Below are positions 20,344 to 31,000 of a DNA stretch of 64,000 nucleotides, piece after piece. The notes beneath the pieces are model-generated. The model searched no databases, was not told the origin of the DNA, and worked only from the letters and a program-made list of their open reading frames with translations. The DNA lies in NCBI GenBank assembly GCA_002245135.1, contig NGBS01000318.1:1-64000 (forward strand). Direction: 5' to 3'. The stretch's first letter is position 1; each line of letters begins with the position of its first letter. Made by a program: the position numbers and the translations under genes. This DNA is from Proteromonas lacertae. Its lineage: Eukaryota.

Positions 20344-21549
20344 ATGGTTACTAAAACTCAGTTAAAAAAACTCTTAGAGAAGCGGAAGAAAGGTGTATCT
20401 AGAAAGAAAAGAAGAAAACATAGCTTTAAAGGTCATAACAAATACTACCAATCACTTTACAGTAAATTCTATAATGACACTACCAATGATGTTCTAAGTA
20501 AAAGAATAGGTACTAGAAACACTGAACTAGATGAAATAAAGAATATATTAGGTAAACTGAATGAGCAGAAACAACATACATCAAATACTATACCATATGA
20601 TTTAAAAATAGAAGAATTATCATCACAGCAGAAACTATTAGAGAGACAGAATGCAGTAGATCAACAACTGGCTAGTTCTCTAAGATTAGGTAATAGTATG
20701 TCAAATCCAATTGCAAGAAATTATAGAGAACTTGATGATCAACACTTATTTGGATCTTCTATTTATGCTAATTCAAATAGACCTGATTATAATGCTATAG
20801 CAAGACAACAAGCTGAAGCAAAAATGAAAATGAATCAAATTCTGAGTGATCCTGTTAATCAGATGAAGATGCAGATGCAAATGGTATAATATTAACATTC
20901 TATTATATTATTTTAGTAGAGAAATAAAAAATATAAACCTAGTTTAGTTTTTAATAACAACACAAAATCAAAATCAAAAGTAGATCCTAAAACAGTTGTT
21001 AAGGATGATAAAAAAGAAGAAGAAGAGAAGAAGGAAGAAAAAGTAGAAGAAGAAGAGGACAAGAAACAAGAAGAAGAAGAAAAGCCAGAAGTGAAGGAAG
21101 AAAAAGATAAAGAAGAAGAAGAACAACCTAAAGAAGAAGAACAACCTAAAGATGAACCTAAAGAACAACCTAAAGAAGAAGAAAAGAAAGATGAAGGACC
21201 TCCAGTAATAACTGTAGATATACAAAATATAGAAAAATTATTCAACGAAACTCTTAGATTACCTGAATTCAAATATGTAACTATGCTTATAGGAGATTTT
21301 TATTCAGTAGCAAAAACTAAATCAGTAAAAAGAATTGATTGGACAGTTATTGGTCATGAAACAGAAGAAGAAAAGAAAGAAAGAAGGAGTAAAATAATGT
21401 ATTTAATTCCTCGAGAAGATTTAGCAAAAGCAGTAATAAAAGGTCAGTCCTTCAGTGACTTCATATATGAAAGTATGGATTTAATTGATGAAGCATTTGC
21501 ACCACGTATGATAAAGAAACAAAGGAGAAGGAAGAAGAAAAATTATTAG
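20344..21549 (+). CDS. Viral hypothetical protein, probably spliced (exons 20344-20883 and 20920-21549; 389 aa)
   Basis: A GT-AG intron at 20884-20919 joins two same-frame ORFs. The downstream E/K-rich frame is open from 20920 with no ATG near its start. Confidence 0.65.
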
Positions 21550-21618
21550 TAATAATCATCATAACAACTATAACGGATCTATTTTTAGTTTTGATATTTT
21601 GTTTGTTTTTTCTTAAAA

Positions 21619-24600
21619 ATGACTGCTCCAACAAAGCGTAAGCATAAAGAAAAAGAATCAGTGGACTTTGACAATCCATCCATCTATCACAATGCGTTGA
21701 AAAGAAAATTGAAGAAAATGATTTATGATAGAGCATCTTCAAATAAGAAGGTCAAGTTAGATTTAAGTCATATGGCTAACCCAACAAGAGCAGTTGATAA
21801 AGGTAATGCTACAAATGAATTAGAGATTTACGATCCTTATACAAAGAATATGGTTAAAACATTTGGTGATGACTACGATGTAACATTTGATGATAATAGT
21901 AAAGATAAGCCAATGAATCCAAACCTCAATGCCACCAAGAACAATTACATGACTGATGAAATGAAGTATAAGTTGTACATGAGTGGTATTACTGATCAGT
22001 ATGGAAGGTATTATAGGAATATAGGTCAGTTTAATAAACCTTATTCAAATTACTATGGTGATCCTACAAACTTAACTAATATTTATCAAAATCCTTTTGG
22101 TCCTCCTAATCCTTATCAACAATTGCAACAAGGATTATATCAAGATCCAGTAACAGGTCAATGGTCTATGAGTCAGTGGAACAATCCTGCTCAGTACAAT
22201 ACTCAATCATATATAAATAGTCAGAGATGGAATAACAATAGTTTAGATAGTAACTATGAAGTAAAACAGCAATTACAGATAAAAAATGCTGCATTAGAAG
22301 ATGCAAAGAAAACAATTGAAAGAATGACTGAAGAACAACAGAAGACTTTATGGCATCATATTAATGAAACATTTAAAGGTACAACTTGGTGGGATTGGGG
22401 TACATGGGGTGTTAAATTTTTAATGTGTACTTTAGTTTTAGGTGGTATTGATATAGCATTCAAATATGTATTCCCTAATCAATTAGGTGTTCTATTATCT
22501 GGTATATTTAATATGGGTGTTAGATCAAGTGATTATTGTGCAAAGTTATTTGGTATATCTCAAGCTAATGTACAATATGCTTCATTCTTTGGATCATGGT
22601 TACCCACAACATACCAATTCATTAAAGCAGGATGGCAAGGAGGTGTAACTGGTTTAATGGATTTTGCAGTTAATCAGTTAAGAAATGTATGGAATTTCAC
22701 CAAGAACTTGTTCACTGGTTTCTTCAATTCGGTCAAGAGCGTTTGGAGCTCGATAACCGACGGCCTGCCTTGGAGCTCTGGAAGCACTGAAGATTCTGGT
22801 CCTACGGATGTTACAAAGTTATTTAGTAGTAAATATGAAACACCCCCTTCTTCAGTACCTTTAGCTTTACCAGCTCCAGAAGCTCCCCAACCTATAACAG
22901 CTCCAGATAAACAGCTGGTTGTCTACGGGGATTCAAATGCTACAAATACTACAGGTACATTAAACGGCGCAGGAAAGAAGCATGTAAGCTTTGGTCCTAA
23001 ATACGGGGGGAGCTCTGAAGCTAATCCTGTATACAACGCAAATATGGATGGAACAAATCCACCCACGGCGATTGCCGTGGGTGGATACGTCCATCCATAT
23101 TTTCTTCAAGAGTCTGCTCAACCTCCTGTAGAGGGATATGATATGGGTTATACATGGAGACACTTAGGAAGAGGTTTAGATTCAATAATGGGTAAAGGAA
23201 AGTTAGACAAGTATAGAAGACATAAACATAAACATAAGTTATTAAAGAAGCTTCCACGGAGGCATCTCTGTCATAACAAGAGATTATTAAAAAAAGGTGG
23301 TGCAAGTCTTATACCACCAGGTTATGTAACAGAACCTCCAGAACCTTCAGCTTCAAACAATGGTGTAGTAAATGTTGGTTACTATTATCCTCAAGGTAAA
23401 AATATTCAATTCTGGAATGGTTTGAGAAAACTATTTAATGCTGCAGATGCTGCACATGTAAATCAAGGACAAATGTATGAACCTTCAAGCTTGAATGATT
23501 ACAATTTAAATATGCCACAACATCCTTTCAATGAAGTTGGTTGGGGTGATATAGGATGGGGTACTATAAGAAGTTTAGATCCTAAAGCAAGAACAGAATT
23601 TGCAGCACAACTTGCAAACGATGGTGCTCAACAAGCAAGACAATTTAAACCAAAGTATTACTATGACTGGGATGAATTTCTTCACTTTCAAGATAAAGTG
23701 TATGCAGATCATTCAAGTGATCCTGATTATTATTTAAACAAAGCAACATGGAAATATAAACCTATTACGATTGATCCAACTAATGGTGCAAGTAACTTCA
23801 AGTATTTAGGTAATCCAAAATATGTTAATGAACAAGATTTTGTAACATATGATTGGGGTGATAATAAAGTAACTGATCCTTTAGCTAGATTTAATCCAGC
23901 CTTTGCTAAAATGAATGCAGAGGATATAAGAGCTGCTCTTAATCCAGGTATATCATCAAGACTAAAAGATCCTTTTCATTTAAACAAATCTGATATTGAA
24001 TACCAAGAGAAAGTTGGTTTACAGCAAGAAGTATTAAACAATGATTATACAATTGGACTTAATAATATGTATAATAACATGAAAGATAACAAATTGGATA
24101 AAGCGTACAAATGGAAAGCATATTCACAACAGCTTGGAAGAAGACTAAGATCAGATGATGAAATTAAAGAGAGAGCTGATCTTAATAGACTTCTTAGTAT
24201 TGATCCTGCTTTAGCTGAGAAAGCAAAACAATTACATGATATAGAAACATGTGAAATAGATGAAAATAGAAGAGTCATAATTCCAGATGAACAAGCATTT
24301 ATAAAGGATAACATCATTCAACATGAAAATACTCCTGAAAAAATTAATCATGAATTGAATGATAAAATGTTAGGTCATAAAGTTCCTGTTGATTGGAAGG
24401 ATGGTGATATGCAGGAAAAGATAAAAATAGGTTGGGAGTTACTTAAAAATGCCTGCAGTCAATGGAAAGAATTTGAAGGTAGTCAGTTCCAGAAGGCACT
24501 TCAATCACTGAATGAAGGTGACTTCATAGAGTTCGGTCATAACTTATACTTGTGTGTGAAGAATATTTTTAGAATTTTCCCTATCATATTTTATACATTC

Positions 24601-25866
24601 AAAAATTATTTACATGGTGGTGTCACTCCTGATATGGTTGAAGTTGATAATGCTATGCAGTATGCTAACTGTATTATAATTACATGCATAGCATTTTGGT
24701 TATGGAAGAAAGGGAAGTTAGGAAATTTTGGATTCGTGACAGTGTTATGGTTCTACATATTTGATTACTATACTATAATACAAAAGATAACTGGTAATCG
24801 TTTACCTGACATAACTACCTTAGCGAATAACAATTATGATACAGTGAGTAAAATGTTACCTACAGCACTTCAAAATTCATGGTTACCTATGCAATTCATA
24901 TACAATTGTGGTACTTCATTCTTATTCAACTCACATCCTTATGTTAAAATATTAGCAAATGCTGCACCCTTCTTTTTCAAATTTGCAAAGTTCGGTAAGT
25001 TAGATACTAAGAATGGAATTACAGGAATGATAATGTCACTACTAAGTGGAGGTAAAACAAAAGGAATGAAAGGTTTCTTAGGTAAAGTAGGTACATGGGG
25101 AACAGTACTTAGTGCCTTCGGTGCTTGTGTTGGATTGATAGTACCTAGTGCATTATCTACATTTTTAAGTACAGGAACTGTTCCTCAGAACAATCCTGTA
25201 TTCGATCCTAACAATACACTCAATACTCCAAATGGTTTATCTAACTTCGTGAGTAGTGGATTACAACTTCAGGAAATATGGCAAATAATGAAAGCATTAG
25301 GTTATGCAGGTAAAGGTAAGAATAAACTATGTTCACGAAGGATACTTTTGTCTAACATCAATAGTAAAGATGCATTATCGAACTTTGATATTGAAGAAAT
25401 TATTCAAAAAGAATTCAATGATTTTGACAAGAAGTTCAAAGGTTGTTTCTGTTGGGATGAATTGGTACTTCCTATACCTCATAAAATGGATCAGTGGGGA
25501 ATCATAATCAATACACTGACTACAAAAGCAAAACCAGATAGTGTAGGTCATTGGGTAGCTTTAGTAGTAGATAACAAAAAGAAGATGTTCATGTACTATG
25601 ATTCTTTTGGTGAGGATCCTCAACACTTGAGTAATTTCAAAGAATGTTTGAAGAAGTTTAAGAAATTTCATGAAAAACCATATCAGTTAAAAATCAATGC
25701 AGTTCAGAACCAGAACAGTAATACAAACAATTGTGGTTTTTTCGCAATCAATTTTTTGAACGATATATTAAATAGAAAAAGAACATTCAAGCAGGCAACA
25801 GATTTTAATACAGTAGTTGGTGAGAAAAGAGTAGCAATGATGAAAAAAGAGTTTGGAATAGTATAA
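21619..25866 (+). CDS. 1415-aa polyprotein-like membrane protein with a C-terminal adenain-like (clan CE) cysteine protease
   Basis: C-terminal GIIINT...GHWVAL...YYDSFG...QNQNSNTNNCGFFAINFL (His-Asp-Gln-Cys). Several hydrophobic segments and internal GxG/GG motifs. Confidence 0.88.
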   Translation: MTAPTKRKHKEKESVDFDNPSIYHNALKRKLKKMIYDRASSNKKVKLDLSHMANPTRAVDKGNATNELEIYDPYTKNMVKTFGDDYDVTFDDNSKDKPMNPNLNATKNNYMTDEMKYKLYMSGITDQYGRYYRNIGQFNKPYSNYYGDPTNLTNIYQNPFGPPNPYQQLQQGLYQDPVTGQWSMSQWNNPAQYNTQSYINSQRWNNNSLDSNYEVKQQLQIKNAALEDAKKTIERMTEEQQKTLWHHINETFKGTTWWDWGTWGVKFLMCTLVLGGIDIAFKYVFPNQLGVLLSGIFNMGVRSSDYCAKLFGISQANVQYASFFGSWLPTTYQFIKAGWQGGVTGLMDFAVNQLRNVWNFTKNLFTGFFNSVKSVWSSITDGLPWSSGSTEDSGPTDVTKLFSSKYETPPSSVPLALPAPEAPQPITAPDKQLVVYGDSNATNTTGTLNGAGKKHVSFGPKYGGSSEANPVYNANMDGTNPPTAIAVGGYVHPYFLQESAQPPVEGYDMGYTWRHLGRGLDSIMGKGKLDKYRRHKHKHKLLKKLPRRHLCHNKRLLKKGGASLIPPGYVTEPPEPSASNNGVVNVGYYYPQGKNIQFWNGLRKLFNAADAAHVNQGQMYEPSSLNDYNLNMPQHPFNEVGWGDIGWGTIRSLDPKARTEFAAQLANDGAQQARQFKPKYYYDWDEFLHFQDKVYADHSSDPDYYLNKATWKYKPITIDPTNGASNFKYLGNPKYVNEQDFVTYDWGDNKVTDPLARFNPAFAKMNAEDIRAALNPGISSRLKDPFHLNKSDIEYQEKVGLQQEVLNNDYTIGLNNMYNNMKDNKLDKAYKWKAYSQQLGRRLRSDDEIKERADLNRLLSIDPALAEKAKQLHDIETCEIDENRRVIIPDEQAFIKDNIIQHENTPEKINHELNDKMLGHKVPVDWKDGDMQEKIKIGWELLKNACSQWKEFEGSQFQKALQSLNEGDFIEFGHNLYLCVKNIFRIFPIIFYTFKNYLHGGVTPDMVEVDNAMQYANCIIITCIAFWLWKKGKLGNFGFVTVLWFYIFDYYTIIQKITGNRLPDITTLANNNYDTVSKMLPTALQNSWLPMQFIYNCGTSFLFNSHPYVKILANAAPFFFKFAKFGKLDTKNGITGMIMSLLSGGKTKGMKGFLGKVGTWGTVLSAFGACVGLIVPSALSTFLSTGTVPQNNPVFDPNNTLNTPNGLSNFVSSGLQLQEIWQIMKALGYAGKGKNKLCSRRILLSNINSKDALSNFDIEEIIQKEFNDFDKKFKGCFCWDELVLPIPHKMDQWGIIINTLTTKAKPDSVGHWVALVVDNKKKMFMYYDSFGEDPQHLSNFKECLKKFKKFHEKPYQLKINAVQNQNSNTNNCGFFAINFLNDILNRKRTFKQATDFNTVVGEKRVAMMKKEFGIV

Positions 25867-25883
25867 AGAAATTAATTAATTAA

Positions 25884-26234
25884 TTAATTTTTACTTTCTA
25901 ATTCTGTTGTTTTCTTAATTTCTTCTTCATGTTGTTTCAAAATATTGTGTAGAACAGGAACTAACTCTTCTATTGCTTTATCTAACTCTTCTTTAAGACA
26001 CTGTACAGATAATCTCTTACTCTCTAAACGATTCATTAATTCAAACACTTGTTCATCCATACCTAAATTGTATGCTTCATTGAGCTTCTTACAAGTTACT
26101 ATTATATTACCTGCTTTCTTTAATGCATTCTTATACTCCAAGCTACCATCATCTTTATGATTGATGTAAGTGCTGCACAACTCGTACCACATATCAAATG
26201 CTGCCTCTGCATTTTCTTTTAACATCATATCCAT
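25884..26234 (-). CDS. Viral hypothetical helical protein
   Basis: 116-aa ATG-initiated ORF. Confidence 0.65.
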   Translation of the reverse strand: MDMMLKENAEAAFDMWYELCSTYINHKDDGSLEYKNALKKAGNIIVTCKKLNEAYNLGMDEQVFELMNRLESKRLSVQCLKEELDKAIEELVPVLHNILKQHEEEIKKTTELESKN

Positions 26235-26335
26235 CGTTATTTGATACCTATATAAACGAAAAATAAAAGAAATACCGAATATAGCCGTTTCACGATCTTT
26301 AGCATTTTTTCGTTACACGAATTTTTTGAGAATTC

Positions 26336-26737
26336 ATGAAGTTAGGTTACAGTATCAAAGGCCAGAATTTATTTATATTTGAAAAGCGAGCCAATGATCA
26401 AAGATGGACTATTTTCATCCCAGCTGAAGCCAAGAAATACATATGGGGTAAATCAAATCATCATACACCATTAGTAATCAACTATGGAGCTGCATTAAAA
26501 GACAAATACAATTCAACTACTCCTACAATAAAAACCCTTTGGTTGCCAGATTTTTATGAGATCGATGTTCCATCAAATGTCAAACCTGTTATTGTATCTT
26601 CTATAGATAAGCAGTTTCTACATTTCAATATTTTATACATAGGAAGAGGTCAAACAAAACCAACACCACCCAAAAAACAAGAAGAAGAAGATGTTGGTGT
26701 AGAAAGTTTATTAGAACAACTTAAAATATCTAATTAA
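26336..26737 (+). CDS. Viral hypothetical protein
   Basis: 133-aa ORF whose stop abuts the integrase stop. Confidence 0.65.
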   Translation: MKLGYSIKGQNLFIFEKRANDQRWTIFIPAEAKKYIWGKSNHHTPLVINYGAALKDKYNSTTPTIKTLWLPDFYEIDVPSNVKPVIVSSIDKQFLHFNILYIGRGQTKPTPPKKQEEEDVGVESLLEQLKISN

Positions 26738-28030
26738 TTATACAATTGTATCATCACCTTTTTTGATTCTGGGTCTTTCAAGAATACGTCTAAAATGAGT
26801 TTCAGGATCTCTTCTAGCAACTAATTGTAACTCATAATGTTTGAATCTATATCTAGATACATCAGGATCCCAATTACCGTTTATATCTCCTAATACATAA
26901 GAGTACCTGTTTTTATGTCTAATACGATATATCTTATCTGACCAATAAGTTCCTTTATCCATTTTTCTTCTTTGTTCATGAAACCTAACTAAATCTCCAA
27001 CTTGAAATTTTGTTTTTAATCTTTGTTCATTATTGAAATTGTATTTAACTGATTCCATTAACATTCTGTTTTGTAGTTTAGGACTATTGTATACTTCGTT
27101 AGGTGTATAATCTCTCAAACTTGATAAAGGTTTGTTATTATAATCATAAACAGTTTCTTGTACAATTTGATTGAAACGTGACAACCATCTCTGATCAATG
27201 ATTTCTCTTCTATCGTTTCTATCTATATTAGCTTGAAACTCTGGTGCATCTATACCTAAATCTATTAAATGTTTATATAATAATTTCTTTACAAGACTTA
27301 CAGATCTTTCCAATACCATTTCTATTCTATGTTCTGATGGCATCTTTTGAAAGAATGTAATTCCTTCTTGATCTAATAATGGTTTGATTGCATTGAAACT
27401 ATTTTGCATATCACACAAGACACTTACTACACGTCTTTTAGATACTACTTGAGAACCATCTTCATTTGTTTTAAAATACCATGCTCTAAAAGCACTTTCA
27501 ATACTTGGTCCTTTTTCATCACGTAATGGGATTGCCCATACTTTTCTGGAATTCATTTCTATCAAATATAAGTAAGGATGATAAGGTAAAAAGTAAACAA
27601 CATCCATTTGGAAGTATCCAGGCTTCTTGATACTTGCAAAAGGTAAATCTTGATTGTATTTAAAATCTACTATTTGACGACCAGGCTTTCTTCTTAGATA
27701 CTCTCTAACTACATCATAAGGTGGTGGAACATCATTAAGTTCTGCTGCTTCTTGTGTTAGTTTAATAAATTGTTTTTCACTTAAATAGTAATACTTATCA
27801 TAAAGTCTATCTAGATATTCTCTATATTCATCGATCTGTCTGGATATTTCATCATTTTCATATGGATTTGGTCTTGGATTATTCTGTATTGACGGTGGTG
27901 CATTGTTAAAATTCCTCGCATAATTTTGCTCATCTCTTGAGTCAACATGTCTATAGCCTGGTGGCAACTCTTGAGCTGTATCTGGATTTGGGTAAGAGTA
28001 AGACTTATTATAAAAATAATTAGCAAGCAT
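26738..28030 (-). CDS. Retroviral-type (rve, DDE) integrase of Polinton type
   Basis: FQMD, SRKVWAIPL, VLCD, LERS, YNNKP..L...TP, KFQVGDLVR, WSDKIYRI and YELQ. Confidence 0.9.
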   Translation of the reverse strand: MLANYFYNKSYSYPNPDTAQELPPGYRHVDSRDEQNYARNFNNAPPSIQNNPRPNPYENDEISRQIDEYREYLDRLYDKYYYLSEKQFIKLTQEAAELNDVPPPYDVVREYLRRKPGRQIVDFKYNQDLPFASIKKPGYFQMDVVYFLPYHPYLYLIEMNSRKVWAIPLRDEKGPSIESAFRAWYFKTNEDGSQVVSKRRVVSVLCDMQNSFNAIKPLLDQEGITFFQKMPSEHRIEMVLERSVSLVKKLLYKHLIDLGIDAPEFQANIDRNDRREIIDQRWLSRFNQIVQETVYDYNNKPLSSLRDYTPNEVYNSPKLQNRMLMESVKYNFNNEQRLKTKFQVGDLVRFHEQRRKMDKGTYWSDKIYRIRHKNRYSYVLGDINGNWDPDVSRYRFKHYELQLVARRDPETHFRRILERPRIKKGDDTIV

Positions 28031-28089
28031 AAGAAGTAAAACACAAAAGTAAAAGCATACACTAATATATTAAATATATCCATGTTATT

Positions 28090-31000
28090 CTAATTAAAGA
28101 CATTATTATAATTATCGTACATATTTCTAGCAGCTTCACTTTCATTTGGATCACGATTCAATAAGTATGGAACTGAGCTGATTCTAGTTAAATAACATCT
28201 TTTAATATCAAATATTGTAAATGCTAATTTAGGTACACGAACTGTATACAATACTTGTTTTGCACTTCTGAAACTGTACTGATCTACATATACTTTTTGT
28301 AAATCTCTACTATCTAAAATATTAGTGTAATAATCATAATCACATGTCTTTACTCTATAACCTTTAGATACACCTTTTGCTCTTGAATCAGATTTAAACA
28401 AGTGTATAGGTCCATCCACTCTCTGTTTTTCATAAGCATACATCTTTGCTTTCAATCCACAGAATCTTGTTATTGTGTATAACTGATCACTTTTGTTCTC
28501 TTCCATTTTAAGTAAGTTAAGTTCACCTGTTCTTTGATAGTTTTGATATCTGATACCTCTTTGCTTTAGATAATCACAATTAATATTACCAGTATCCATA
28601 CAACCTTGAATTGTTAAATCATCAGCAATATCTCTGTAAAAGTCTTTTGTAGCAACTCTGAAGATAAAAGAATCTGTATCTGTCATCAGTAAAGTAAGAC
28701 CATCTCTATATTTTCTGTATAATTGTCCATACCAAAACTTTGCCATTAAATACTTTGATTGACAGAGAATAGCCATTCCAATATAGCTTGGTTTATCAAT
28801 TGCACATTTATACTTCTTAAACTTACACACTCTTAAGTCACATCCATCAATTGATACAAAACCTGTAAAGTATGGATTACTTGTACACTTTAAGAACTGT
28901 TCTTCACTATTCACCAACTTACTTCTACATCTATTCTCTGTATTTTCACATGTCTTACCATATGCACTGTTAAGGATTAGTTTAAACGTATCTGCTTCAG
29001 CATCTCTATGTGCTGACTTTGCAGCCTTCCTTAATAGATGACACTGCATCACGAAATCATAAGCATAAGCTGTTTCACAAAAACTAATCACTCTCCATAC
29101 TTTGTTTACTTTATAACCTAACTTCACAGCATAGTTCAGATATTGATAATGAACAACATAGTGATACTTCCTACTCAAATCGCATATTATTCTTGGAGTG
29201 TTATTCTTCAATTCTCCATTCTTATCCACCATACCTAATTCTATAGCCCATTGCTTCTGTTCTTGTGACAAGTCTCTAAAGTATATCATCTTTCTCTCAG
29301 GGAATAAAGGATACTCTGAAAATCCACAACGATCTGGTGGATCTATATCAACTTCTAATATATAACCTCTACTCTCTGGATCTTTCCACAACTTCTGATC
29401 TTCTGGATTTGATGAATGCATTATATCTTCATAAGGTTTCATTTTCTTAATGACATCTATATAGATTTCTGGTTTCTCCCATCTGAAATCTTTATATGGT
29501 AACTTCATTGATGCCATTGTAGAAGGATACAGAGAATTATAATCCACATACATAATATAGGATTCTCTTTTTGGTGGGATTGCATGAAGATCTTCAAAGA
29601 ATGGTGGATCCATATAATGGTTCTTGGCTTCAGCCTTTCTCATTGATCCAATCATTGAAATACCTCCAATCAATCCTTTTCGAATGAAATCATACTTGTC
29701 TTGATCAGCTAACAATTCAATCTTTACATTACACCTTCTAAGAAATATAGACCATGCTAAACCTGGACAACTAACATGCCAACATGGATCTAATATAAAA
29801 TGCTTAAACACTACATTTCTGAAATGGTCAAACACACTTGTAAGAGTTAATACATCCATTGCTAAATAGAATAAGTTATACTCCATTAGATCATTCATCT
29901 CCAATAACTTCCATAATGCTTGACAGGAATCATAAATATCTTGTGGTATTTCTTCTTCCTGTTTCAATTTAGACTTGAATGCTTCTCTTGGTGGTAACTC
30001 TTTTGTATTGTATAACTTATCTATATGATCAACATATTCGTAAGGGAAGTGACCTTTCTGCAATCCCCATTTCATCATGAAATCATTGACTGTCCAATCA
30101 TGGTCTTTTAAACACTTTTGTATCTTTGTATCTTCTCTTACATACTGGTATACAGGATGGAATAACTTTTCATATTCACCACCTGATTCAGCTTCTATCT
30201 TTAAGGATTGAACTATACTATCTAGTGATGAAGACATAAACTGAAAGCTATCAATGAAGTGTAGTTTGTTAAACTTTATCATTAAGAACTTATTGTCAGT
30301 CTTTAATAGAACTGATAACTTTGATCTATACTTTCTTTTATTATTATTCATTGGCTGAGTTGTTATTGGTTGAGATGTAACTATGTTTCCCATTTCTTCT
30401 TCTAAACCAAGATCTTCAGCTGTTCTAGGTGATAAGTATTCTTCTCTACTATGTAACATATAATATAACTCATTAAATGCTTCTTCATTGTTGGGATCGT
30501 TTTCATCTACTATTTCAATTGTATTTGGTGGTTCTATTGGTAATGGTATTTCTTCTTCATCTTCATAATCTTCTTGAGTTGATATATCTACTAATCTATC
30601 TTCTTCTTCTTCCTCTTCTTGTTTCTTTTCTTCTTCAATACCTCTATTATATTCAGTTAATCTTTCATCAACAGTTGTTGTAGTATCTGGTATTGGTATT
30701 GATGGTTGTGGTGGTTGTTGTATTGGTTGTTGTTGTTGTAATGATACATTCCACTCTGCTTCCATTTCTTTATCTAATTTTGATAATCCACGGATAATGA
30801 AGTTATTATCATAGTTCTTACTATTGTGTGCAATACAAGGTATTTGCAGATGTTGTAAAGAACAATGCCAATTACAGTTACTACATAATGTAGCAAGATA
30901 TTTTCCAGTAAAATGGTCATGGTGTCTTGTGCGTCTTTTATTTTTATCATTTTCATCAAATGGAGTGTTACACCACATACACTTTGTTATTTTTCTATGA

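Noticed and set aside
20913..21272. Ser/Phe-rich minus-strand ORFs (also 14946-15377, 24045-24317, 31847-32098, 44668-45231, 60845-61246)
   Set aside because: They are antisense shadows of real E/K-rich genes on the opposite strand.
26738..28030. Independent LTR retrotransposon or Ginger element
   Set aside because: No reverse transcriptase, LTRs or own TIRs. The integrase is adjacent to pPolB inside the Polinton TIRs.
30340..30765. Intein in PolB
   Set aside because: No C/S start, no HN-C/S/T end and no LAGLIDADG motifs; the region is only low complexity.
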